NCBI GenBank assembly: GCA_016926735.1
Contig: JAFGOA010000080.1
Span: 1-64,000 of the forward strand
DNA from: Promethearchaeota archaeon
Lineage (GTDB): Archaea > Asgardarchaeota > Lokiarchaeia > Sigyniarchaeales > SOKP01
DNA: 64,000 bases
Direction of reading: 5' to 3'
Made by a program: the position numbers and the translations under genes. Of the stretch, positions 50,021 through 58,792 are shown piece after piece (positions within the stretch are counted from its first letter, which is position 1; each line of letters starts with the position of its first letter). The notes beneath the pieces were generated by a model, which saw nothing but the letters and a program-made list of their open reading frames with translations, ran no database searches and was not told the origin of the DNA.

Positions 50021-52255
50021 ATGAACATTAATATTGTTAAAATTCTTTCAATTTTAGATCATATTGAAATTTTAGATTATATAAGAACAATTTTAAATTC
50101 TTCAAATAGATTCAATTATGAACTTTTTAGTTGTAATTCAATTAAAAAAGGAATGGATTTTATATCGAATTATCAGATAGATATAATAATTCTAGGATTA
50201 TATCTTCTTGATAGTAATGGATTTGAAACATTTTATAATCTAAGATTAAAAACAAGAAATATACCTATAATTCTTATAGTTTCTCAAGAAGATGAAGGAA
50301 TAGCAAAAAATGCTGTTCAATTAGGTGCCCAAGAGTATTTAATTCAAGAACAAATAAATCCAGAATTACTGGAACATTATATTTTTACAGCAATTACTAG
50401 ACATAATATGATGCTCACAATTGAATCTTTAGCTAATAAAATTCAAGAAAATGAACAATATTTAAAACAGATTATAGAAAAAAACATTGATTCAATTATA
50501 ATCACAGATAAATGTGGTAAAATTCGTTATGTAAATCCATCAGCTGAAAAACATTTTAATAAAACCAAGGAGGAATTGTTAGGACAATTATTTAAAGATT
50601 CTTCATTTAAGGAGAGAAAAATAGGTTTCAATATTATTCAAAATAATGAACTTACATCAATTTCAGAGGTCCACACTGTAGAGATAGAATGGGAAGGGCA
50701 ACCCGCATATTTTTTCTCAATAAGAGATATTTCAGAACGTAAACAAATTGAGCATATGTTAAAAGAATCTGAAAAAAAATATACTCTTTTATTCGAGAAA
50801 TCACCTCATCCTATATTAATTTTAAATTTAGAAGGTTTTATAATAGATAGTAATTCTGTAGTAGAAGAATTGATTGGATTTTCAAAAAGCCAGATTATTA
50901 ATCAAAGATATGAAAATCTAATTCTATTTCCAAAACAATATCTCCATGTTTTTAATATGATTTTTAATGCTCTAAAAGAAAATAAAATTCCTGATCCTTT
51001 AATTTTGAATATAAATAGAGAATTTAAAAAAGATCTATGGCTCAATATGAATTTTTCATTAATTAATTTAGATAATCAAAAGTTAATTTTCCTTTTAATT
51101 CAAGATATTACTGAAATACGACAATCAAAACAAGAAGTAAGAATACTTGAGCAAACTTTGCATGAAATGAATGCTCTAATAGAAAATGCTCCTTCAGCTA
51201 TTTTTTTACTACATCAAAATGGAAAAATATTAAGAGCGAATAATAAATCAAAAGAATTATTTGGTTATGAAGAAGAAGAATTTCTTAATTCTAAAATTTT
51301 GGATCTGTTTGATCCCGAATATTTAGAAATTGTAAAAAAACACTATACAAATGATATTTATGAATCATTAAAAGATAACTCTTTAGAAGCAAAAATCATA
51401 AAAAAAAATGGAGAATTTATCAATGTAGATATAGTATCAAATATCATAAAAATTGCTGATAATATAATAATACAATCATTTATTTCTGATATAACCTCAA
51501 GAAAAGATTTCGAAAGAAGTAGAGAACAATTATTGGATCAATTGATAAAATCTCTTGAGTATAAATCAAAATTTTTTGCTGCGATGTCACATGAATTGAG
51601 AACTCCTCTGAATGCAATCATAGGATTTTCGACATTATTAATTGATGGAGGATATGGTGTATTAAATGATGATCAAAAGGATTATTTAAACGATATATAT
51701 ACTGCTGCTGAGCATTTAAATGGATTAATTAATTCTATATTAGATCTCTCAAAAATTGAAATTGCTAAATTTAAATTAGAAAAAGAAGAATTTCAATTAT
51801 ATCCCATCATGCAACAAATTCATTCAATATTTAAACCCATCTATATGAAAAAAAAATTATATTTTAATTTGGAAAATGTTGATCAACATACTGTAATATT
51901 TGGAGACCAAATGAGATTCAGACAAATACTTTATAATTTAATTGATAATGCTATAAAATTTACAAGTAAAGGTGGTATAGAGGTAAAGGGATTCGAAAAA
52001 TATGATCATTGGGAATTTCAAATTATAGATTCTGGTGTTGGGATTGATAAAGAAGATTATGATGTTGTTTTTAGAGAATTTGGGAGGATTGAAAATGATC
52101 TTACCAAAGATGTAAGTGGTTCTGGCATTGGATTAGCTTTAACTAAAAGGTTAGTTGAACTTCATGGTGGAGAAATATGGTTTGAAAGTCAAAGAGGAAA
52201 AGGAACTACATTTTATTTTACGATTCCAAAAAAAAAAGGTGATAATCATAAATAG
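50021..52255 (+). CDS. Cytoplasmic histidine kinase: pseudo-receiver, 3 PAS, HisKA, HATPase
   Basis: REC-like N-terminus; PAS ends RDISERK, QDITE, SDITSRK; MSHELRTPLNAIIGF; NAIKFT; GSGIGL. Confidence 0.92.
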   Translation: MNINIVKILSILDHIEILDYIRTILNSSNRFNYELFSCNSIKKGMDFISNYQIDIIILGLYLLDSNGFETFYNLRLKTRNIPIILIVSQEDEGIAKNAVQLGAQEYLIQEQINPELLEHYIFTAITRHNMMLTIESLANKIQENEQYLKQIIEKNIDSIIITDKCGKIRYVNPSAEKHFNKTKEELLGQLFKDSSFKERKIGFNIIQNNELTSISEVHTVEIEWEGQPAYFFSIRDISERKQIEHMLKESEKKYTLLFEKSPHPILILNLEGFIIDSNSVVEELIGFSKSQIINQRYENLILFPKQYLHVFNMIFNALKENKIPDPLILNINREFKKDLWLNMNFSLINLDNQKLIFLLIQDITEIRQSKQEVRILEQTLHEMNALIENAPSAIFLLHQNGKILRANNKSKELFGYEEEEFLNSKILDLFDPEYLEIVKKHYTNDIYESLKDNSLEAKIIKKNGEFINVDIVSNIIKIADNIIIQSFISDITSRKDFERSREQLLDQLIKSLEYKSKFFAAMSHELRTPLNAIIGFSTLLIDGGYGVLNDDQKDYLNDIYTAAEHLNGLINSILDLSKIEIAKFKLEKEEFQLYPIMQQIHSIFKPIYMKKKLYFNLENVDQHTVIFGDQMRFRQILYNLIDNAIKFTSKGGIEVKGFEKYDHWEFQIIDSGVGIDKEDYDVVFREFGRIENDLTKDVSGSGIGLALTKRLVELHGGEIWFESQRGKGTTFYFTIPKKKGDNHK

Positions 52256-55022
52256 CAGTAAATATAGTATTCAAGATATTTTTAGTTCTTTTTTAGATAA
52301 TTCTTTAGATATAATTTATATATTTGATATTAATGGGAAATTTATTGATATTAATGATATTGCTTTAAAATTATTTGAATATAATAGAGAAGAGCTCTTT
52401 AATAAATCTTTTGTAGAAATATTGGATAAAGGACAAGATGAAAAATTTTTTACTCTATTAGACAATCTCAAAGCTAATGTTAAAAAATCCAATTATATAA
52501 ATTATAAAGTTAACACTAAGAATGGTAATATTATATTATTAGATACATATACTATACCGATAATGAATAATAATCTCATAGCAATTATCAATATATCTAA
52601 GATTATATCCAATAAAGATCATATTTATAAAGATTCTAATAGACATGAATTTAATTTTAGCAATATTTTTGATCATATTCCTGTTGGATTTCATTTATAC
52701 TCATTAAACGCAAAAGATCAATTAATTTTAAAAGATTCAAATCCCGCAGCTAATGAAATTCTTGGGATTGACTCCTCAAAATTACTATTAAAACCAATTG
52801 AAGAAATATTTATTTCCTATAAAGAATCCGATATTCTTAAAAGATATATAAACATTGCTAAAAATGGTGGTATAGAGAAATGGGATCATATTGAATATCA
52901 CCTTGATGCTATTGAAGGAGCATATGAAATAATTGCATTCCAATCATCTCCAAATAATATAGTAGTTTCTTTTGTAGATATAACTAAACGAATAACATAT
53001 GAAAAAAAATTAGAGGAATCTGAATCAGAATTACGTAATTTATCTGAAGAATTGGAAAATAAAATTTCGAGAAGAACAAAAGAATTATATGAATCAGAAG
53101 AATTATATAGAAATCTATTTGAGAACATCCCTAATGCTATTATTCTAATGGATATGAATAAAAATTTTCTAATAACAAATCCTGCATTTAATAAAAATTT
53201 TGGTTATAAAGGAGATGAGTTTATTGGCAAAAATATACAAGAAAATTGTTTTTGCACAGAACCATCTTTAAAAAAAATCTCTGACTCATTATTAAAAATA
53301 GAAAAAGATAAGAAACCAGTAATGTTTGAAGCAGAAATATATAGAAAAGATAATACTATAGCAAAGATTTTTGTTCAATTAAATCTAATTGAATTTGAAG
53401 AATTAGAGTTAATATTACTCATTATACAAGATATTTCCAATTTAAAATTTGAACAAGAAAAAGCTAAACTATATTTAGAAACTGCAGGTGTTATAATTGT
53501 AGCTTTAGATAAAAAAGGTAATATTAATTTACTAAATAAAAAGGGTTGTGAAGTATTAGAATACGAACAAAATGAACTAATTGGTAAAAATTGGTTTAAT
53601 AATTGCATTCCTATAAATTACAGAGATAAAATAAAAAAAATTTTTGAAGATATTATTGAAAATAAGAATGTAAATATAGAATTTTATGAGAGTCCTATTA
53701 TTTCTAAAAGTGGTAAAGAAAAGATTATAGCATGGCATAATACCATTCTATATGATAATAATAACGACGTTTTAGGAACATTGAGTTCTGGAGAAGATGT
53801 AACTGAAAGAAAAAAAATGGAAGTAGAATTAAGAGAATCAGAAATTATATACCGTAAATTATTTGAATCACATATTGATGGAATTATTATGATGGATCTT
53901 AATGGAATGTTTATCGATGCTAATAAAACTTTCTTAGATATGAGCGAATATAAATTAGCACAATTAAAAAAATTCTCTATTTTTGATATAACACCAGAAA
54001 AATGGTATGATGATATAAAAACTATAATAGATAGTAAATCTAAAACATTGTCTAGAGAATTCGATATAGAACTTAAGAAAGAAAATGGAACTATCATTCC
54101 AATTAATTTAAAATTATGGACAAAAACTGATATATATAATGAACCTTCTGGTTTCTGGGCTATTATAAGAGATATTTCAAAAAAAAAACAAGATGAATTA
54201 TTACAAATAGAATTTAGGAAACGTTTAGAAAAAGAAGTTAAAAAAAGGACAAAAGAACTCAATAAAGCTTTAGAAAAACAAAGATTATTTCAATCAGAGA
54301 TTATTAAAGCTTCTAAATTCAAATCTGAGTTTCTCGCTACTATGTCACATGAATTAAGAACACCATTAAATGCAATAATTGGATTTACAGAATTAATGTT
54401 AGATGAATCATTTGGTACATTAAACAAAGAACAGTATGAATATATGATGGATATAAAAACCTCCGCTGAACATCAATATGATATGATAAGTAGCATTCTA
54501 AATATTACTCAAATAGAATCAGGTCAAGTAATTCTAAATAAACAACAATTTTCTATAAATACTATCATTGATCAAGTTATATCTACAATCAAACCTATGT
54601 ATACAAAAAAAAAAATACAATTTATCGTTGAAGGATTGGAATCAGATATAAAAATATTAGCTGATCCTTTAAGAATAAGAGAAATACTCATTAATCTATT
54701 AACTAATGCAATAAAGTTTACAATCGAAGGGAAAGTCAAATTAATTATTAAAGAATTATTTGATAAATGGGTTTTTAAAGTAAGAGATGAAGGAATCGGA
54801 ATCGCTCAAGAAGATTTTGATATTATTTTTCGAGATTTTTCAAGAGTTGATTCTGCTTATGTAAGATCTACGCCAGGTACAGGATTGGGACTTTCTTTAA
54901 CAAAAAGATTAGTTGAATTACATAATGGAACAATAAATTTTACGAGTGTTTTAGGAGTAGGGACAACTTTTACATTTACTATTCCCAAACCTTCAGAAGA
55001 ATACGATTTAGATTCCTATTAA
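52239..55022 (+). CDS. Cytoplasmic multi-PAS (about 5) histidine kinase
   Basis: PAS ends VDITKR, QDIS, EDVTERK, RDISKKK; MSHELRTPLNAIIGF; GTGLGL; start likely GTG 52239 or ATA 52248 rather than TTG 52155, which lies deep inside the upstream gene. Confidence 0.92.
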   Translation: MIIINSSKYSIQDIFSSFLDNSLDIIYIFDINGKFIDINDIALKLFEYNREELFNKSFVEILDKGQDEKFFTLLDNLKANVKKSNYINYKVNTKNGNIILLDTYTIPIMNNNLIAIINISKIISNKDHIYKDSNRHEFNFSNIFDHIPVGFHLYSLNAKDQLILKDSNPAANEILGIDSSKLLLKPIEEIFISYKESDILKRYINIAKNGGIEKWDHIEYHLDAIEGAYEIIAFQSSPNNIVVSFVDITKRITYEKKLEESESELRNLSEELENKISRRTKELYESEELYRNLFENIPNAIILMDMNKNFLITNPAFNKNFGYKGDEFIGKNIQENCFCTEPSLKKISDSLLKIEKDKKPVMFEAEIYRKDNTIAKIFVQLNLIEFEELELILLIIQDISNLKFEQEKAKLYLETAGVIIVALDKKGNINLLNKKGCEVLEYEQNELIGKNWFNNCIPINYRDKIKKIFEDIIENKNVNIEFYESPIISKSGKEKIIAWHNTILYDNNNDVLGTLSSGEDVTERKKMEVELRESEIIYRKLFESHIDGIIMMDLNGMFIDANKTFLDMSEYKLAQLKKFSIFDITPEKWYDDIKTIIDSKSKTLSREFDIELKKENGTIIPINLKLWTKTDIYNEPSGFWAIIRDISKKKQDELLQIEFRKRLEKEVKKRTKELNKALEKQRLFQSEIIKASKFKSEFLATMSHELRTPLNAIIGFTELMLDESFGTLNKEQYEYMMDIKTSAEHQYDMISSILNITQIESGQVILNKQQFSINTIIDQVISTIKPMYTKKKIQFIVEGLESDIKILADPLRIREILINLLTNAIKFTIEGKVKLIIKELFDKWVFKVRDEGIGIAQEDFDIIFRDFSRVDSAYVRSTPGTGLGLSLTKRLVELHNGTINFTSVLGVGTTFTFTIPKPSEEYDLDSY

Positions 55023-55037
55023 ATTTTATTTTATTAT

Positions 55038-56339
55038 TTATTTTGATTTTTTTCTTAAATAATAATAATCATTAATTTTTCTTCTTATTTTTCCCATAAG
55101 AATAATTAGTTTGTTCACATCCATTGATTCTGAAATCAAGATTAAATTTTTGATTGAAAATTTTTGAAGATTAAGATAATTTAAAATAGTATTAATTGAT
55201 TTTGAGCTTGAAATTATAAGATGTGCTATATTATCATTTAAAACCATATTTTCAAATGATTGAGTTATCTGTGCTATCATTTTATGAATATGATTTATTA
55301 AGATCGTATTAAAATCTCTTGACATAGATTGTATTATTATTGAATTGTTATTATTTGTGATATAACACATAGATTTTGGAGTATTAATAAAAGATTCATC
55401 TAGTATTTTTTTTATCTCAAAAGAATCTTCAGAAAAATTACTAATAATACTATAAAAAGCGTTGTAAAGATTATATATTAATTTTGGATATATACTTGTA
55501 AAATATATTAAACCATTAAAATCTTTTTTAATCTCTTGAAGTACGTTATCTCTTTTATTTTCCTCTATTAAATCTATTTTATGAAGAAAAAGGATAAATT
55601 CAACTTTATTATTTTGATTCTTTATTATATTCCTGATTTTTTCTATGTCTGTGAATATCATTTTTTTTTGAGAATTCCATAAAGATACATCAAAAAGATA
55701 TATAACTATATCTGTATTTTCAAATGCTAAAGTCTGTTCCATTGTTTCATCATTAAGTAGATCTTCAATTTCCTGACCGGAGGTATCAAATAAACCTAAT
55801 TTTGCATCTAACCAAGAATAAACTGAAGGTGTAATCCCTCGAGTTGGTTCTAATGGATTATATAATAATTTTCTTGGATCTTTTCCCTCAAATATTATTT
55901 CTTTGATAGTACTTTTACCAGTTCCAGCCCTTCCCAAAAGTAATATTTTTTGTGCTGTTCTTTTTTGAAAAAATTTATCCATATTATCATAGAAAAACCT
56001 TTTTCTTTCTTCTCTATGTTTGCTAAACAATGCTTTCCCGAAATCTAGGAGATCTTGTTTTAATTTATATATATTTTCCTTTTCTATATCTTCAATAACA
56101 ATAACAATAACTTCATATCCTACCTGTGCTACTCTATTTTTATCACAATAGCTAATAATCGTTTGATTATTAAAAGTTACTTCAAGTAATTCTTCTTTAT
56201 TAAAATCTTCATTAAAGGCGTGGGACATATATATTTTTTGGGTTAAAGAGTTTGAAATATCAAATCTTTCTGGATATTTTAAATCTAAAATAGACCCAAT
56301 TTTTTGATCCCAAATAAAGACAGCAATACCTTCAGGCAT
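55038..56339 (-). CDS. Longin-like domain, Rag/Gtr-like GTPase and roadblock-like C-terminal domain
   Basis: N-term GIAVFIWDQKIGSILDLKYP; GRAGTGKSTIKEIIF, LEPTRG, FDTSGQE, FLHKIDLI, FTSIY; C-terminal alpha/beta domain as in Rag GTPases. Confidence 0.82.
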   Translation of the reverse strand: MPEGIAVFIWDQKIGSILDLKYPERFDISNSLTQKIYMSHAFNEDFNKEELLEVTFNNQTIISYCDKNRVAQVGYEVIVIVIEDIEKENIYKLKQDLLDFGKALFSKHREERKRFFYDNMDKFFQKRTAQKILLLGRAGTGKSTIKEIIFEGKDPRKLLYNPLEPTRGITPSVYSWLDAKLGLFDTSGQEIEDLLNDETMEQTLAFENTDIVIYLFDVSLWNSQKKMIFTDIEKIRNIIKNQNNKVEFILFLHKIDLIEENKRDNVLQEIKKDFNGLIYFTSIYPKLIYNLYNAFYSIISNFSEDSFEIKKILDESFINTPKSMCYITNNNNSIIIQSMSRDFNTILINHIHKMIAQITQSFENMVLNDNIAHLIISSSKSINTILNYLNLQKFSIKNLILISESMDVNKLIILMGKIRRKINDYYYLRKKSK

Positions 56340-56492
56340 ATAATAGTGGTTCTCCTTAGTAAAGATATAAATAAATAATACTTCAATTTATATATAAACG
56401 TATGTAATAAAACATGATTAAAGTTCTAATACATCTATATTAAAATAAAGTTAAATATTCAAATCATTTCATAATTATTTAGAGGTTTATTA

Positions 56493-56864
56493 ATGACTAA
56501 AAATGTATATGTTATTGAAGATAATGAAAAGAATATGAAATTATTCAAAGCTATCTTAAATTTAATTCCTAACATTCAAATCTTTACAGAAACTCAAGGA
56601 GATTCAGGATTAGAACTTATAAAATCAGGTAATCCTGATCTTATTATTCTTGATATTCAATTACCCAAATTGAGTGGGATTGATATAACAAAGGAATTGA
56701 GAAAAATTGAAAGGTTTAAATCTGTTCCAATTATCGCTGTGACTTCTTTTGCTATGAAAGGTGATAGAGAAAGAATTCTTAAGGCAGGAATAGATCAATA
56801 CATATCAAAACCTATAAAAGTACAAGAATTTCGAGAAAAAGTTACTGAAATTTTAAAAATATAA
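56493..56864 (+). CDS. Single-domain response regulator, DivK-like (paralog of 45991..46353)
   Basis: VIEDNEKNMKLF, LIILDIQLP, AVTSFAMKGDRERI, YISKPI; GAGGT upstream. Confidence 0.93.
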   Translation: MTKNVYVIEDNEKNMKLFKAILNLIPNIQIFTETQGDSGLELIKSGNPDLIILDIQLPKLSGIDITKELRKIERFKSVPIIAVTSFAMKGDRERILKAGIDQYISKPIKVQEFREKVTEILKI

Positions 56865-57021
56865 TCATATATATATTATCTAAAGAGATAAAAATTAATT
56901 ATAATTAAATTGGAATAGTACAATTTTATAATGAATTCCTTACATATAAATAATTTTAATAGATTTTAATAGTAAATCTATTAATATAATTAAAATTAAA
57001 TTTAAAAAAAACTTGGTTAAT

Positions 57022-57822
57022 ATGGAACAAAAAATAATTGTTTTGGGTTTAGATAATGCTGGAAAAACTTCCTTATTGTCTAGATTCGGAGGAACTTTAG
57101 GAATAGACGAACTTGCATCTTTAGAACCTACTAGAGGCGTAATTAGAAGAGAAATTGATACAAAAGATATGAGGTTCTTTATATGGGATTTTGGAGGTCA
57201 GGAAGATCATAGGATCCAATATATACAAGATCCTGAACATTATTTTATAGGAATAGATTTAATTATATATATTATTGATATAAAAGATGATAAAAGATAT
57301 AATGAAAGCATTTCTTATCTTGAAAAGATATTAAACCTCGTGAAAAAAATGGGTCAAAATAGATATATCCTTATCTTTATACATAAATGTGATCCTGAAA
57401 TTAAGGGTAAAAAAGAAACTATTTCTAATATTGATTTTTTGAAAAAATCTATAGAACCCCTTCTAATTGAAAAAGATTTTGAATATGAGATTTTTCTAAC
57501 TTCTATATACTCTGGATTCCCAAAAGAACCAAAATTTGTAAATTTAGTAAAGCAAATTATCGATGGTCAACCAATTAAAGATGGAACTGTCGATTTAAAA
57601 TTAAATCGAATGGCAGAAGTTTTAGAATCAACGATGAACGCTGTGATTAAAATTAGTTCGAATATAATGGACATCGAGGATAGGATAAGAAATATTGAAA
57701 AATCCACCGTATATAGCAATAAAAAATTGCCTGAGATTGATTCAAAAATTAAAGATATGGAAACCCTGAAAAATAATACAATATCACAATTAAAAGAAAT
57801 TTTTGTTCGAAAAGAAGAATAA
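57022..57822 (+). CDS. Arf-like GTPase with C-terminal coiled coil
   Basis: LGLDNAGKTS, EPTRG, IWDFGGQ, IHKCD, TSIY; ATG 57022. Confidence 0.88.
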   Translation: MEQKIIVLGLDNAGKTSLLSRFGGTLGIDELASLEPTRGVIRREIDTKDMRFFIWDFGGQEDHRIQYIQDPEHYFIGIDLIIYIIDIKDDKRYNESISYLEKILNLVKKMGQNRYILIFIHKCDPEIKGKKETISNIDFLKKSIEPLLIEKDFEYEIFLTSIYSGFPKEPKFVNLVKQIIDGQPIKDGTVDLKLNRMAEVLESTMNAVIKISSNIMDIEDRIRNIEKSTVYSNKKLPEIDSKIKDMETLKNNTISQLKEIFVRKEE

Positions 57823-57982
57823 TATAATCCGACTTTTTTTTATTTAAAAGAGATTAAAAAAAAGATTTAAAAAATATAAAAAAACATCAAATCTATTATT
57901 TTTTAATTTAAATCCATAAAAAATTAAAATAATCAAATATTTTTCATCTTAATTATTTTATTATGATTTTTGTTGTACTAAT

Positions 57983-58600
57983 ATGAGTGAAAAAGAAAAC
58001 GATATCAAATTATTAGATCGATGGTCTTATGATGATGTTGAGATCAAAGATTGGACACTTGAGAGATATATTAATTTAAAAAAAATTATCATACCTCACT
58101 CATGTGGAAGACATGAAAAAAAGACTTTTTGGAAAACTTCAAAAGTATCAATCATAGAGAGATTTGTTAATCGATTATTATCTCCTGGATTTATAGCAAC
58201 CAAAACTAAAGGACGTAAGAGTTCTTATCATCAAGGTAAAAAAAGTCTTATTTTAAAGACAGTAATGAATGCTTTCATTCTTATAGAATTGAAAACAGGT
58301 AAAAATCCTATTCAAGTATTGGTTGATGCAATTTCAAATACTGCTCCACGAGAAGAAATTACAAGAATTGCAATGGGAGGTATATCATATAGCTCTGCTG
58401 TAGATATTGCTCCTCAAAGACGTATAGACTTAGCAATTAAATATTTAGTCCAAGCTATAGGTACATCTGCTCATGGAAATATTAGAACTTTTGAAGAAGC
58501 AATAGCTCAAGAATTAATTCAAGCGGCTAAAAACAGCCAAGATTCAAAAGCTGTTAAAAAGAAGGATGAAATCGAGAGAATTTCCTTATCTGCAAGGTAA
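57983..58600 (+). CDS. rps7: 30S ribosomal protein S7 (uS7)
   Basis: PHSCGRH, IIERFVN, NPIQVLVDAI.N.APREE, AVDIAPQRRID, KKDEIERI..SAR. Confidence 0.97.
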   Translation: MSEKENDIKLLDRWSYDDVEIKDWTLERYINLKKIIIPHSCGRHEKKTFWKTSKVSIIERFVNRLLSPGFIATKTKGRKSSYHQGKKSLILKTVMNAFILIELKTGKNPIQVLVDAISNTAPREEITRIAMGGISYSSAVDIAPQRRIDLAIKYLVQAIGTSAHGNIRTFEEAIAQELIQAAKNSQDSKAVKKKDEIERISLSAR

Positions 58601-58792
58601 AAATCTCTTTTTAAATTTAATTATTTATCTATTTATTATTTTAGAGTTATTACATCGATTTATCTTTAAAATATTTAAAAAACTCCTTTTTAAATTGTAT
58701 TTTTATTTTAAAAGAATAATATATATATATTCTCTGGTATTTCAGAATGACAATAACAAATCTATTTTTAACTAATTTATAGTGATATTTAT

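Noticed and set aside
52155-52238. 100-nt overlap between the two cytoplasmic kinases as an overprinted or frameshift fusion
   Set aside because: Better explained by a later start (52239 or 52248) after GGTGA; both kinases are complete on their own
44000-57900. Signalling island as a mobile element or prophage
   Set aside because: No integrase, transposase, tRNA target, terminal or direct repeats seen; composition matches flanks
58566-58775. 69-aa ORF overlapping the end of rps7
   Set aside because: F/I/L/K low-complexity translation of AT-rich intergenic DNA, with its start inside rps7
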